Both the position numbers and the translations under genes were made by a program. Shown here piece after piece: positions 39,866 through 50,795 of a DNA stretch of 64,000 nt. Within the stretch, counting starts at the first letter, position 1, and each line of letters begins with the position of its first letter. A model generated the notes under the pieces. It worked only from the letters and a program-made list of their open reading frames with translations, did no database searches and was not told the DNA's origin. The DNA is from Macrostomum hystrix (Eukaryota > Animalia > Platyhelminthes), in NCBI GenBank assembly GCA_950097015.1, contig CATNEN010000001.1:20150001-20214000 (forward strand). Direction: 5' to 3'.

Positions 39866-40874
39866 CAGGGGTAGGCAAACTTATTTGCTGGCGGGCCAAA
39901 GAGAGAACCTAAAAGACTACAGCGGGCCGCATTGCCTGTATAAATATGAGATAGGGGAGAGATGATACACGAGAGAGATGAGACGGGAGAGATGAGACAC
40001 AGGAAAGATGGGACACGAGAGAGATGAGACACGGGAGAGATAAGACACGGGAGAGATGAGACACGGGAGAGATGAGACACGGGAGAGATGAGACACGGGA
40101 GAGATGAGACACGGGAGAGATGAGACACGGGAGAGATGAGACACGGGAGAGATGAGACACGGGAGAGATGAGACACGGGAGAGATGAGACACGGGAGAGA
40201 TAGGACACGGGAGAGATAGGACACGGGAGAGATAGGACACGGGAGAGATAGGACACGGGAGAGATAGGACACGGGAGAGATAGGACACGGGAGAGATAGG
40301 ACACGGGAGAGATAGGACACGGGAGAGATAGGACACGGGAGAGATAGGACACGGGAGAGATAGGACACGGGAGAGATGAGACACGGGAGAGATAGGACAC
40401 GGGAGAGATAGGACACGGGAGAGATAGGACACGGGAGAGATAGGACACGGGAGAGATAGGACACGGGAGAGATGAGACACAGGAGAGATGAGACACAGGA
40501 GAGATAGGACACGGGAGAGATAGGACACGGGAGAGATGAGACACAGGAGAGATGAGACACGGGAGAGATAGGACACGGGAGAGATAGGACACGGGAGAGA
40601 TGAGACACGGGAGAGATAGGACACGGGAGAGATAGGACACGGGAGAGATAGGACACGGGAGAGATAGGACACGGGAGAGATAGGACACGGGAGAGATAGG
40701 ACACGGGAGAGATAGGACACGGGAGAGATGAGACACGAGAGCGATGAGAGACGGGAGAGATAAGACACGGGAGAGATGAAACAGGACACTGTAGATGTCA
40801 GAAGAGGCAACGGGCCGGATTTGGGAGCTTCGAGGGCCGCATCTGTCCCGCGGGCCGGAGTTTGCCGACCCCTG
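39866..40874 (+). mobile_element. hAT (Charlie/Buster-type) non-autonomous element containing an ~830-bp 17-mer array (GGGAGAGATRRGACAC)
   Basis: TIRs CAGGGGTAGGCAAACT / AGTTTGCCGACCCCTG, subterminal GCGGGCC motifs, and an 8-bp nnnTAnnn TSD GTTTAGAC/GCTTAGAC (39858-39865, 40875-40882). Confidence 0.9.
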
Positions 40875-41313
40875 GCTTAGACTGTCTCAGAGGTGTACTA
40901 AAATCAAAAGGTATATCTGACTGTATTAATAACCATACAGTATTAATCCATTAGGTTGCCATTCTTTTTTAGTTTTAAATTAATTTAGGAATCTCTTTTG
41001 TTTGTTGCACATTTTTAGAAAATTTAACAAACATTCTTTAACAATGCATCACTTGTGTTCTATTATTGTCTGCTAAAATTAAGAAGTCAATTTTCTCGTG
41101 AAACATATCCCCCATAGCCTATCAGGTAGTTATTTACAATTTAATTTTACTATTTTATTGTTTGTTGTTTTCTAATCAAGATTTTGAAGTCGACATCACG
41201 CGATATCAGTGCTTGTTGTTGTTTGATTTTACGGACAATAATTTTTTAGTAACACTGGAATCGCTTTAGAATATCTTTATTGTTTTATCTAAGTTCAGTA
41301 GAGGTGTACTTAT

Positions 41314-41683
41314 AATAATAATAATAATAATAATTGTTGGAGGGCTGCGGGCAATGGCACATCATTTGGTGACACTAGACCCGCAGCCAGCGAGGAGGCA
41401 GTTCTGCCCATTTCGCTGACTCCTGAGCACACACGCACACAGATACTGATCGTAGGCATATGCTCACACAGGTTTGTACAAATGCCCTGACTTTCTCATT
41501 GTCAGGCAGTGTACAGTTCACTGTGCCTTGGAGGTTGGCCCTCAATGGCGTAAATTGCACGTCAAGCCCACAAGCCTTCTCTCCGCGGCTGCGCCCCAAA
41601 TTAATGTGGCCTCGCCGTGGAATCGAACTTAGGGACCTTGGTGTGAGAGGCAAACGCGATAACCGCTCTGCCACCGAGCCCCC
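41314..41683 (-). mobile_element. Full-length ~370-bp tRNA-derived SINE
   Basis: Head GGGGCTCGGTGGCAGAGCGG (A box)...GTTCGATTCC (B box), (ATT)n tail, and a 15-bp TSD TAG(A/G)GGTGTACTTAT at 41299-41313 and 41684-41698. Confidence 0.93.
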
Positions 41684-42334
41684 TAGGGGTGTACTTATGT
41701 AGCTGTGTAATGTATAATGTTTATTTGTTATGGACGGTAGACCCACAGCCATCACACAATCACACAGGTGTGTGCCCGAAGAGTTCATCCTCAAGGGCCA
41801 TAACCGTTTGACCTCCATGCCACTCACCGCCTTTGTAGCTGTGTAACTAACTGTTAGAAATAAATTAGGACACAATTTACTCTTCATACTACTTATTTAA
41901 TTTGATCAGCTGTATTAGTAGTATGATAAGTCGTAATTTAACAAGTTTTAGTCAGCTGGAACCGGCTTTATGATTTATTGGCTGTTCGATAATGTTGTCT
42001 GTTAATAGTTTTTGATCCGCTTAAATTTATGATTTTAATAAACTTTTTGGATCAATCTGAGTATGCATGTTGTACTTTTATGCTGCTTACACATTTGTTA
42101 TAGACCGAGTCATATTATGCGTACATTGTCGCACATTTACTAATTATATTAGAAAGCATGTTCAATAATCGCGCTTTGTTTTGCTTTTTTGTTTTGTAAA
42201 GCGATTGTAGGCCAGTTTTTTATCATCATTTTCTCAATAGGAACATGTTGGTTAAAATCCAAAGAAACTAAGATTTGGGCAAATATTTTTTTATGTTGAC
42301 CATGTAGCATTGTGGATGGACTTACTGCGCTAAT

Positions 42335-44420
42335 CTTCACTCGCCACCCTCACCTAATTTGTCACTCTTCACTCGCCACCCTCACCTAATTTGTCACTCT
42401 TCACTCCCTCACACTCACCTCTGTCACTCTTCACTCCCCCACTCTCAACCACTATGTCAATCTTCACTCCCTCAATCTCACCCACTTTGTCACTCTTCAC
42501 TCCCTCACTCTCACCTCTGTCACTCTTCACTCCCTCACTCTCACCTCTGTCACTCTTCACTCCCTCACTCTCACCTCTGTCACTCTTCACTCCCTCACTC
42601 TCACCCACTTTGTTACTCTTCACTCCCTCACTCTCACCCACTTTGTTACTCTTCACTCCCTCACGCTCACCCACTTTGTTACTCTTCACTCCCTCACGCT
42701 CACCCACTTTGTTACTCTTCACTCCCTCTCACTTACCCCTCTGTCACTCTTCACTCCCTCACGCTCACCCACTTTGTTACTCTTCACTCCCTCACTCTCA
42801 CCTCTGTCAATCTTCACTCCCTCACTCTCACCTCTGTCACTCTTCACTCCCTCACACTCACCCACTTTGTCACTCTTCACTCCCTCACTCTCACCTCTGT
42901 CACTCTTCACTCCCTCACTCTCACCCACTTTGTCACTCTTCACTCCCTCACTCTCACCTCTGTCACTCTTCACTCCCTCACTCTCACCCACTTTGTCACT
43001 CTTCACTCCCTCACTCTCACCTCTGTCACTCTTCACTCCCTCACACTCACCTAATTTGTCACTCTTCACTCCCTCACACTCACCCACTTTGTCACACTTC
43101 ACTCCCTCACTCTCACCTCTGTCACTCTTCACTCCCTCACTCTCACCTCTGTCACTCTTCACTCCCTCACACTCACCCACTTTGTTACTCTTCACTCCCT
43201 CACTCTCACCTCTGTCACTCTTCACTCCCTCACTCTCACCCACTTTGTCACTCTTCACTCCCTCACTCTCACCTCTGTCACTCTTCACTCCCTCACACTC
43301 ACCCACTTTGTCACTCTTCACTCCCTCACTCTCACCTCTGTCACTCTTCACTCCCTCACTCTCACCCACTTTGTCACTCTTCACTCCCTCACTCTCACCT
43401 CTGTCACTCTTCACTCCCTCACGCTCACCCACTTTGTCACTCTTCACTCCCTCACGCTCACCCACTTTGTTACTCTTCACTCCCTCACTCTCACCTCTGT
43501 CAATCTTCACTCCCTCACTCTCACCTCTGTCACTCTTCACTCCCTCACGCTCACCCACTTTGTTACTCTTCACTCCCTCTCACTTACCCCTCTGTCACTC
43601 TTCACTCCCTCACGCTCACCCACTTTGTTACTCTTCACTCCCTCACTCTCACCTCTGTCAATCTTCACTCCCTCACTCTCACCTCTGTCACTCTTCACTC
43701 CCTCACACTCACCCACTTTGTCACTCTTCACTCCCTCACTCTCACCTCTGTCACTCTTCACTCCCTCACTCTCACCCACTTTGTCACTCTTCACTCCCTC
43801 ACTCTCACCTCTGTCACTCTTCACTCCCTCACTCTCACCCACTTTGTCACTCTTCACTCCCTCACTCTCACCTCTGTCACTCTTCACTCCCTCACACTCA
43901 CCTAATTTGTCACTCTTCACTCCCTCACACTCACCCACTTTGTCACACTTCACTCCCTCACTCTCACCTCTGTCACTCTTCACTCCCTCACTCTCACCTC
44001 TGTCACTCTTCACTCCCTCACACTCACCCACTTTGTTACTCTTCACTCCCTCACTCTCACCTCTGTCACTCTTCACTCCCTCACTCTCACCTCTGTCAAT
44101 CTTCACTCCCTCACTCTCACCTCTGTTACTCTTCACTCCCTCACTCTCACCTCTGTCACTCTTCACTCCCTCACTCTCACCCACTTTGTCACTCTTCACT
44201 CCCTCACTCTCACCCACTTTGTCACTCTTCACTCCCTCACTCTCACCTCTGTCAATCTTCACTCCCTCACTCTCACCCACTTTGTCACTCTTCACTCCCC
44301 CACTCTCACCCACTTTGTCACTCTTCACTCCCCCACTCTCACCCACTTTGTCACTCTTCACTCCCTCACACTCACCCACTTTGTCACTCTTCACTCCCCC
44401 ACTCTCACCCACTTTGTCAC
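42335..44420. repeat. C/T-rich 30/33-bp minisatellite (TCACTCTTCACTCCCTCACTCTCACC(CA)CTYTG), ~2.1 kb
   Basis: Long tandem array with higher-order duplication. Confidence 0.97.
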
Positions 44421-44624
44421 TATGTTAGTCATGTACGTTTACTAATAGGCTAATGTTATAGTGTCCTTTTTCACAACACAAATTCAAAATTTAGACCTAC
44501 TGGCTCTGTTTAAAAGTGAAATGTCTTGAATGCAACCTCATTTCCAGCTCGAACAATTATCGCCAGTGCCAGACAAACTCTCTGATAAGAGTCAAATAAG
44601 CAAGCCTTTAAAACAGCCCCTAAA

Positions 44625-47600
44625 ATGGCAGACGCTGGCAGTGCTGTTGACGCCAAAGTGGCTTCGCCAAGCTGTGCAATGTGCCCAGCAGCTAGTCATC
44701 GATGCTGGCACTGCCTTCTGCGGCCAGCAGTTCTTGGCGTCACCCTAGTCCTAGCCAAACTGCTCATCATTGTTGGCGCAGTGCTAGTTCTAGTATTCCC
44801 GTCTGTATTCAGATCTCGCATAGAGAAGTCCATGCCGCTAGTCAACGGCAGTGTTACCTTCCAGGCTTGGAGTTCGGCTAGTACACCAATCTACATGCAG
44901 TTCTGGCTGTTCAACATCACCAATCCTGTCGAATTCCTTGCCGGCAAACGACCCGTCATTCAACAGGTCGGGCCGTTCACCTATCAGGAGAGGCGCAGAA
45001 AACTCGGCGTAGCCTTCAACTTATCCGACACTGTGCTCAACTATCAGCAGGCTACGGCTTATCATTTCAGGCGAGACCTGTCCTGCTGCTGGGAGGATGT
45101 GAATATCACAACACTCAACATTGTCTACGTTGGCCTGACACACAAGATACGTCCAGTTAGCCAATACTTGCAGTCTATGGCTAACAACCTCCTGGTTAGC
45201 GGCAAGCACAGCCTCATTATGACTCGAACTGTTGCCGAGATTCTCTGGGGCTACCACGATCTGGCACTGCAAACTGCCCAGCCTATTATTAATCTAGCCA
45301 AGTCTTTCGGCTTCACTAATAAAGAATTGAAGAGCCGAGTAGGTCTGTTCGCTGATAACAATGACACAGCCGGTGGAGAATATTCCATTAACACTGGCGC
45401 TGCCGATGTGGCCAAGCTTGGCGGTATTGTTAGCTGGAATGGCTCTGATAAGCTGCGATTCTGGAATAGCAGCCAGGCTAATATGATTAACGGCACAGAT
45501 GGCGCCATGTTCTCGCCTTTTGTGTCCAAATCCCAGCTGCTCTACCTGTTTAGCTCGGATATTTGTCGATCAATTTATCTGAAATATACCGGCGATGTGC
45601 TGCTGCACGATACACTGCCGCTGTACAGGTTAGATTCAATAGCTGTTCACCGAGTATGATAACCTGTTCTATAGGGGAATAATTTATTCACGGAGTGGGG
45701 TGGGCTGTTCACAGAGTGGAGTGGGCTGTTCACAGAGTGGGATGGGCTGTTCACAGAGTGGGATTGGCTGTTCACAGAGTGGGATTGGCTGTTCACAGAG
45801 TGGGATGGGCTGTTCACAGAGTGGGATGGGCTGTTCAGAGTGGGATGGGCTGTTCAGAGTGGGATGGGCTGTTCAGAGTGGGATGGGCTGTTTAGAGTGG
45901 GATGGGCTGTTCAGAGTGGGATGGGCTGTTCAGAGTGGGATGGGCTGTTTAGAGTGGGATGGGCTGTTCAGAGTGGGATGGGCTGTTCAGAGTGGGATGG
46001 GCTGTTCAGAGTGGGATTGGCTGTTCAGAGTGGGATGGGCTGTTCACGGAGTGGGATTGGCTGTTCAGAGTGGGATTGGCTGTTCACGGAGTGGGATTGG
46101 CTGTTCACGGAGTGGGATTGGCTGTTCACAGAGTGGGATTGGCTGTTCACAGAGTGGGATTGGCTGTTCACAGAGTGGGATTGGCTGTTCACAGATTGAG
46201 ATTGGCTGTTCACAGAGTGGGATGGGCTGTTCAGAGTGGGATTGGCTATTCACAGAGTGGGATTGGCTGTTCACAGAGTAGGTTTGGCTGTTCACAGATT
46301 GAGATTGGCTGTTCACAGAGTGGGATTGGCTGTTCACGGAGTGGGATTGGCTATTCACAGAGTGGGATTGGCTGTTCACAGAGTAGGTTTGGCTGTTCAC
46401 AGATTGAGATTGGCTGTTCACAGAGTGGGATTGGCTGTTCACGGAGTGGGATTGGCTGTTCACGGAGTGGGATTGGCTGTTCACGGAGTGGGATTGGCTG
46501 TTCACGGAGTGGGATTGGCTGTTCACAGAGTGGGATTGGCTGTTCACGGAGTGGGATTGGCTGTTCACGGAGTGGGATTGGCTGTTCAGAGTGGGATGGG
46601 CTGTTCACAGAGTAGGTTTGGCTGTTCACAGATTGAGATTGGCTGTTCACAGAGTGGGATTGGCTGTTCACGGAGTGGGATTGGCTATTCACAGAGTGGG
46701 ATTGGCTGTTCACAGAGTAGGTTTGGCTGTTCACAGATTGAGATTGGCTGTTCACAGAGTGGGATTGGCTGTTCACGGAGTGGGATTGGCTGTTCACGGA
46801 GTGGGATTGGCTGTTCACGGAGTGGGATTGGCTGTTCACAGAGTGGGATTGGCTGTTCACAGAGTGGGATTGGCTGTTCACAGATTGAGATTGGCTGTTC
46901 ACAGAGTGGGATTGGCTGTTCACGGAGTGGGATTGGCTGTTCACAGAGTGGGATTGGCTATTCACAGAGTGGGATTGGCTGTTCACAGAGTGGGATTGGC
47001 TGTTCACAGATTGAGATTGGCTGTTCACAGAGTGGGATTGGCTGTTCACGGAGTGGGATTGGCTGTTCACGGAGTGGGATTGACTGTTCACAGAGTGGGA
47101 TTGGCTGTTCACAGAGTGGGATTGGCTGTTCACAGAGTGGGATTGGCTGTTCACAGAGTAGGTTTGGCTGTTCACAGAGTGGGATGGGCCGTTCACAGAC
47201 TGGGATGGGCTGTTCACAGAATTGGGTTGGCTATTCACAGATTGCTATTGACTGGTCGGTATGTCACCTCAAACCCGCTTCCAGATTCCAGGCCCCGGCG
47301 GAGATGTTTATGAACGCCAGCCTGAACCCCGCCAACATCGGCTTCTGCTCAGACGGGCACTGTCTGGACTCAGGTGTGCTCAACATCTCCAGATGCAAGG
47401 ACGGCTCACCGGCGGTGATGTCGCAGCCGCATTTCTACCAGGCTGCTGAACAGTACCAGCAGGCTGTGGCGGGTCTCAGTCCCGGACCAGAGTTTGACAC
47501 CGTGTTGGATGTGGAGCCCAACACTGGCCTGGTCATGCGGGCCGCCAAAAAGCTGCAGGTCAGTGCTATGTTCGCTTTTCATTTTTTCCCCCATCTCACT

Positions 47601-48538
47601 GTCCTCTTAATGGCCTCTCTCACCTCTCTCAAATCCCATATCCCATTCTTCGAATTTCCAGTCTAATTCATCTTTAAATCCTCTATCATATTCTTCCTTA
47701 AATCCCATTGTCTCACATAGTTCATCAAATCCCCCTCCGTTCTCCTCAAATCCCTTCTAATTAATCCCTTTTTATCCAAATAATTATTTCCCATTTTCAG
47801 GCTCATCACCAATTGAACCCTTTGCCCCGTTTTTCCTTATATGCATACCTAATTTTTCTTTGAAATCCCACATCCGCATCCCATTCTCAATTCTTACAAT
47901 CTTCTCTCCCCGTTTTTATTTAAGCTACTCAAATTTTTTCCATAAATTATCATTCCATAGATTGAAAAATCGCAAGCCAATGTCCACCGTCTCGCATCCC
48001 ATCCGAATCCCAATTACAGCTGAACATGGCCATCCAGCCCAATCAGAATTTCGACAGTCTCAAGCACCTGCCCGGCACCCTGATCATGCCACTGCTGTGG
48101 CTGAACGAGTCCGCCTGTCTGGACGCCGAGTCGGCCGCCAAATTTCAAGCCGCCGTCCTGCGACCCAGGGACATTGTGACCCGCGTCCAATGGTGCCTCA
48201 TCATCTGCGGCATCCTGCTGGCCCTGGCAGCTCTAGCCGGCTTGGTCTACCGACGGCGCTGTCGCTGCGGCGCGCGCAGTCAGTGGCTCGGCCGCGAGAA
48301 GTACTCCAACTCGTCGACTTCGTCATCGGCCTCGCCAAGGAAGCGAGGCAGCGTGCCAGTTGGCAACGGTGATGGCGACAAGTCCAAAGCCACCCTGCTT
48401 GTGGACTGCAAGTCCAATGGCAAATCTACCCAAGCTGCTGCCGCCGCTGCTGACTTTTCTGAATACGAGTATGTTGGCAATGATGAATCTCATCCGATTG
48501 CTAACACAGCTGAGACAGTGATTGGTGCCGGAGCTTAG
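44625..48538 (+). CDS. Second CD36/SCARB scavenger receptor, ~598 aa. Exons 44625-45628, 47285-47558, 48020-48538.
   Basis: Motifs LFNITNP, QVGPFTYQE, NGTDGAMFSP, DICRS, SQPHF, EPNTG and PLLW. GT-AG junctions give LYR|FQAP and KKLQ|LNM in frame (1797 nt). Confidence 0.94.
45680..47245. repeat. 19/21-bp minisatellite (GGCTGTTCA(CA)GAGTGGGATK) filling intron 1 of the second CD36 gene
   Basis: Tandem array occupying nearly the whole 1.65-kb intron. Confidence 0.97.
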
Positions 48539-48699
48539 GGCGCTTGCCTTACTAACTCTTACTTACTAACTATTAAGTAAAATTACGAGCGTAATATAAG
48601 TAGTTAGTAACTCGCCAACCGCAATCCAAATGAGCTTTTTATATTTAGACTTGCATGACTGGGATGTGACTTCAGGAACTGGTTTCCTTCAGTTGAATT

Positions 48700-48905
48700 T
48701 CATTCCTTCTCAAATCCCATTTCCATTCCTTCTGAAATCCCATTTCCATTCCTTCTGAAATCCCATTTCCATTCCTTCTGAAATCCCATTTCCATTCCTT
48801 CTGAATTCCCATTTCCATTCCTTCTGAATTCCCATTTCCATTCCTTCTGAAATCCCATTTTCCCATTCCTTCTGAAATCCCATTTCCTCTCAAATCCCAT
48901 TCCTT
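48700..48905. repeat. 23-bp minisatellite (CCCATTTCCATTCCTTCTGAAAT)
   Basis: Tandem array downstream of the CD36 stop. Confidence 0.93.
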
Positions 48906-50795
48906 AATAAGTAATCTCCTGTGTCCCATTCCATTTTAAGACCTCGTACATCTTAAATCCCATTTCCCATAATTATTCCCCCAAAGCGGCCATAACCCAC
49001 CCAGTTGGTTTATTGTTTGTCGTCATCTCTTTGTACCTGCTTTATTCAGCATGTTTTGAATCTTAGATCACTTAATTCGACCAAGCTTTTATTCAAGCAG
49101 TTTGTTTCTTTAAAATCCTCAGTTTTGTGTTCGTGTAAGACCTGACATTCTGTACAGTCAGTTTTCAGTTTTTATTACACTTCTATTGCTGCCCAATTCG
49201 CCCTTTTGCCGAATTGCCGAAAGGGATGATAAAGGATTGGTTTGACCATTCCTGTTTATCTAAGTTCAAACTATGTATATACTACTTACGGAGAGTTTAG
49301 TAATCTGTGATTTAAATATGTGTTTACAAATTCTTCAAGGCTGACAGACAATCTGTGAATCTATTTCGCCTTCTTATTTATTGACATAGTTATGCTTATA
49401 TATTCCGCTTGTTCTTGGAACTCAAATGCTGCCTTTATTTATCTGGCATGTATAACAGTTGTAGGAATTTGTTAGCTTAGTTTCCCATAATTTCGTTGCA
49501 ATGCATGTGTAACCATACATTATTCACAATAGCCAATTCTTAATTTGCTTCTACAGTTTTTAAAAAAAGGTTGTTGGTCTAAAATGTTTATTTCAATAAA
49601 ATTATTCAATAAAATATATATTCCTGAATGCACCCGTGCTACTGAATGTTTCGTTAGCAGCAATAATTCGCCAGTTTGCCATATAATCATTCAACTATTT
49701 TCTAGCATTGTTACTACTTATGAGTAGCATGATTGGAATGCTTCGCTAACAATGTTTGTTTTTCAACGTAATAGTAATGAGTTTTTCGTTACATATCGGA
49801 ATCAGAAAAGCACAAGAGGTGCATGAAAACTGTCCAGAAAGTGCCAGAAACGTGACTTCGTGTGTCCTTTCGTTAAAGTAGTGCATCCTGCATTTTCTTA
49901 AAAGGTGCATTCCTTAACTTCAACAGACCTGTAGCTATGAATTCACAGCTCAAGCATTCACAGATAAAAAAACGATTTTCTTGTGATTTGCATAGACAAA
50001 GCAGAATCAACAAAACGGAATCTCAACAGGCCTGGCTTGGTCTATATTAACAAAAACACTCCTAAGATTTTTTTGGTTATATCAGCTGCCGAAAAAATAC
50101 TGGCTAATAAAATATAGCTTACATAGATTAATATATTTCCATAATGTTTACGACAAAACCACACAGAATACACACAGAATAAGTGCAAATTAAATGTGAA
50201 AATATCTACAATGCACAAAGGCTGCTACTTACCTGGCTTTTATAATAGACAGGTAGCTACATGAAAAGTGTAAATTTAAGCAAACAAAAACTTGTATAAA
50301 GTTTTAATTAATAAGAATCGGCGGCGCATGCGCGCTAGCACTACTGCAAGTAGCTGTCAAGGGGAATCTCGCTTATAAAAAATACTATTAAAATTATGTA
50401 GAGTGAAAAATGCGATTTCTTATTTTCTTGCTTGCTGCCTAAGTAGATAGAAAAATAGATGTAACCTGTAAAAGCTATACCAAATGCTGAGTCCATAGTC
50501 CATATAGTAAAATAATAGTGCAGAATGCAGATTATGACAATAATAAAAGAAAAAACTGGTAAAGAGAAAAATGCCAGCGCCAACCGAAACATTTTGTACA
50601 ATATAATATGGACCTACGAGTAACAGCTAAAATAGCAAATCAACTAGCAACAAGCATTGCAGGCGAACAATTTGTCAGCTATCTACATAGGAACAGACAA
50701 GCAGGGTGAGCAAGGGCAGGGGAGAGTTGTAGAACAGGCATCTTACTAACAGAACAAGATGACGCTACTAGGCAACGAAAGATCTCACAGTGTGC

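Noticed and set aside
41610-41683. tRNA-like sequence with A and B boxes
   Set aside because: It is the head of a SINE (body, tail and TSD present) and does not form a complete cloverleaf.
38766-47313. Long ORFs of 116-559 aa (PCLISPVSHLSRV, HSSLPHSHLC, GLAVHRV, SQSGIGC)
   Set aside because: Minisatellite artefacts. Only 47285-47558 of the 46236-47666 ORF is a real CD36 exon.
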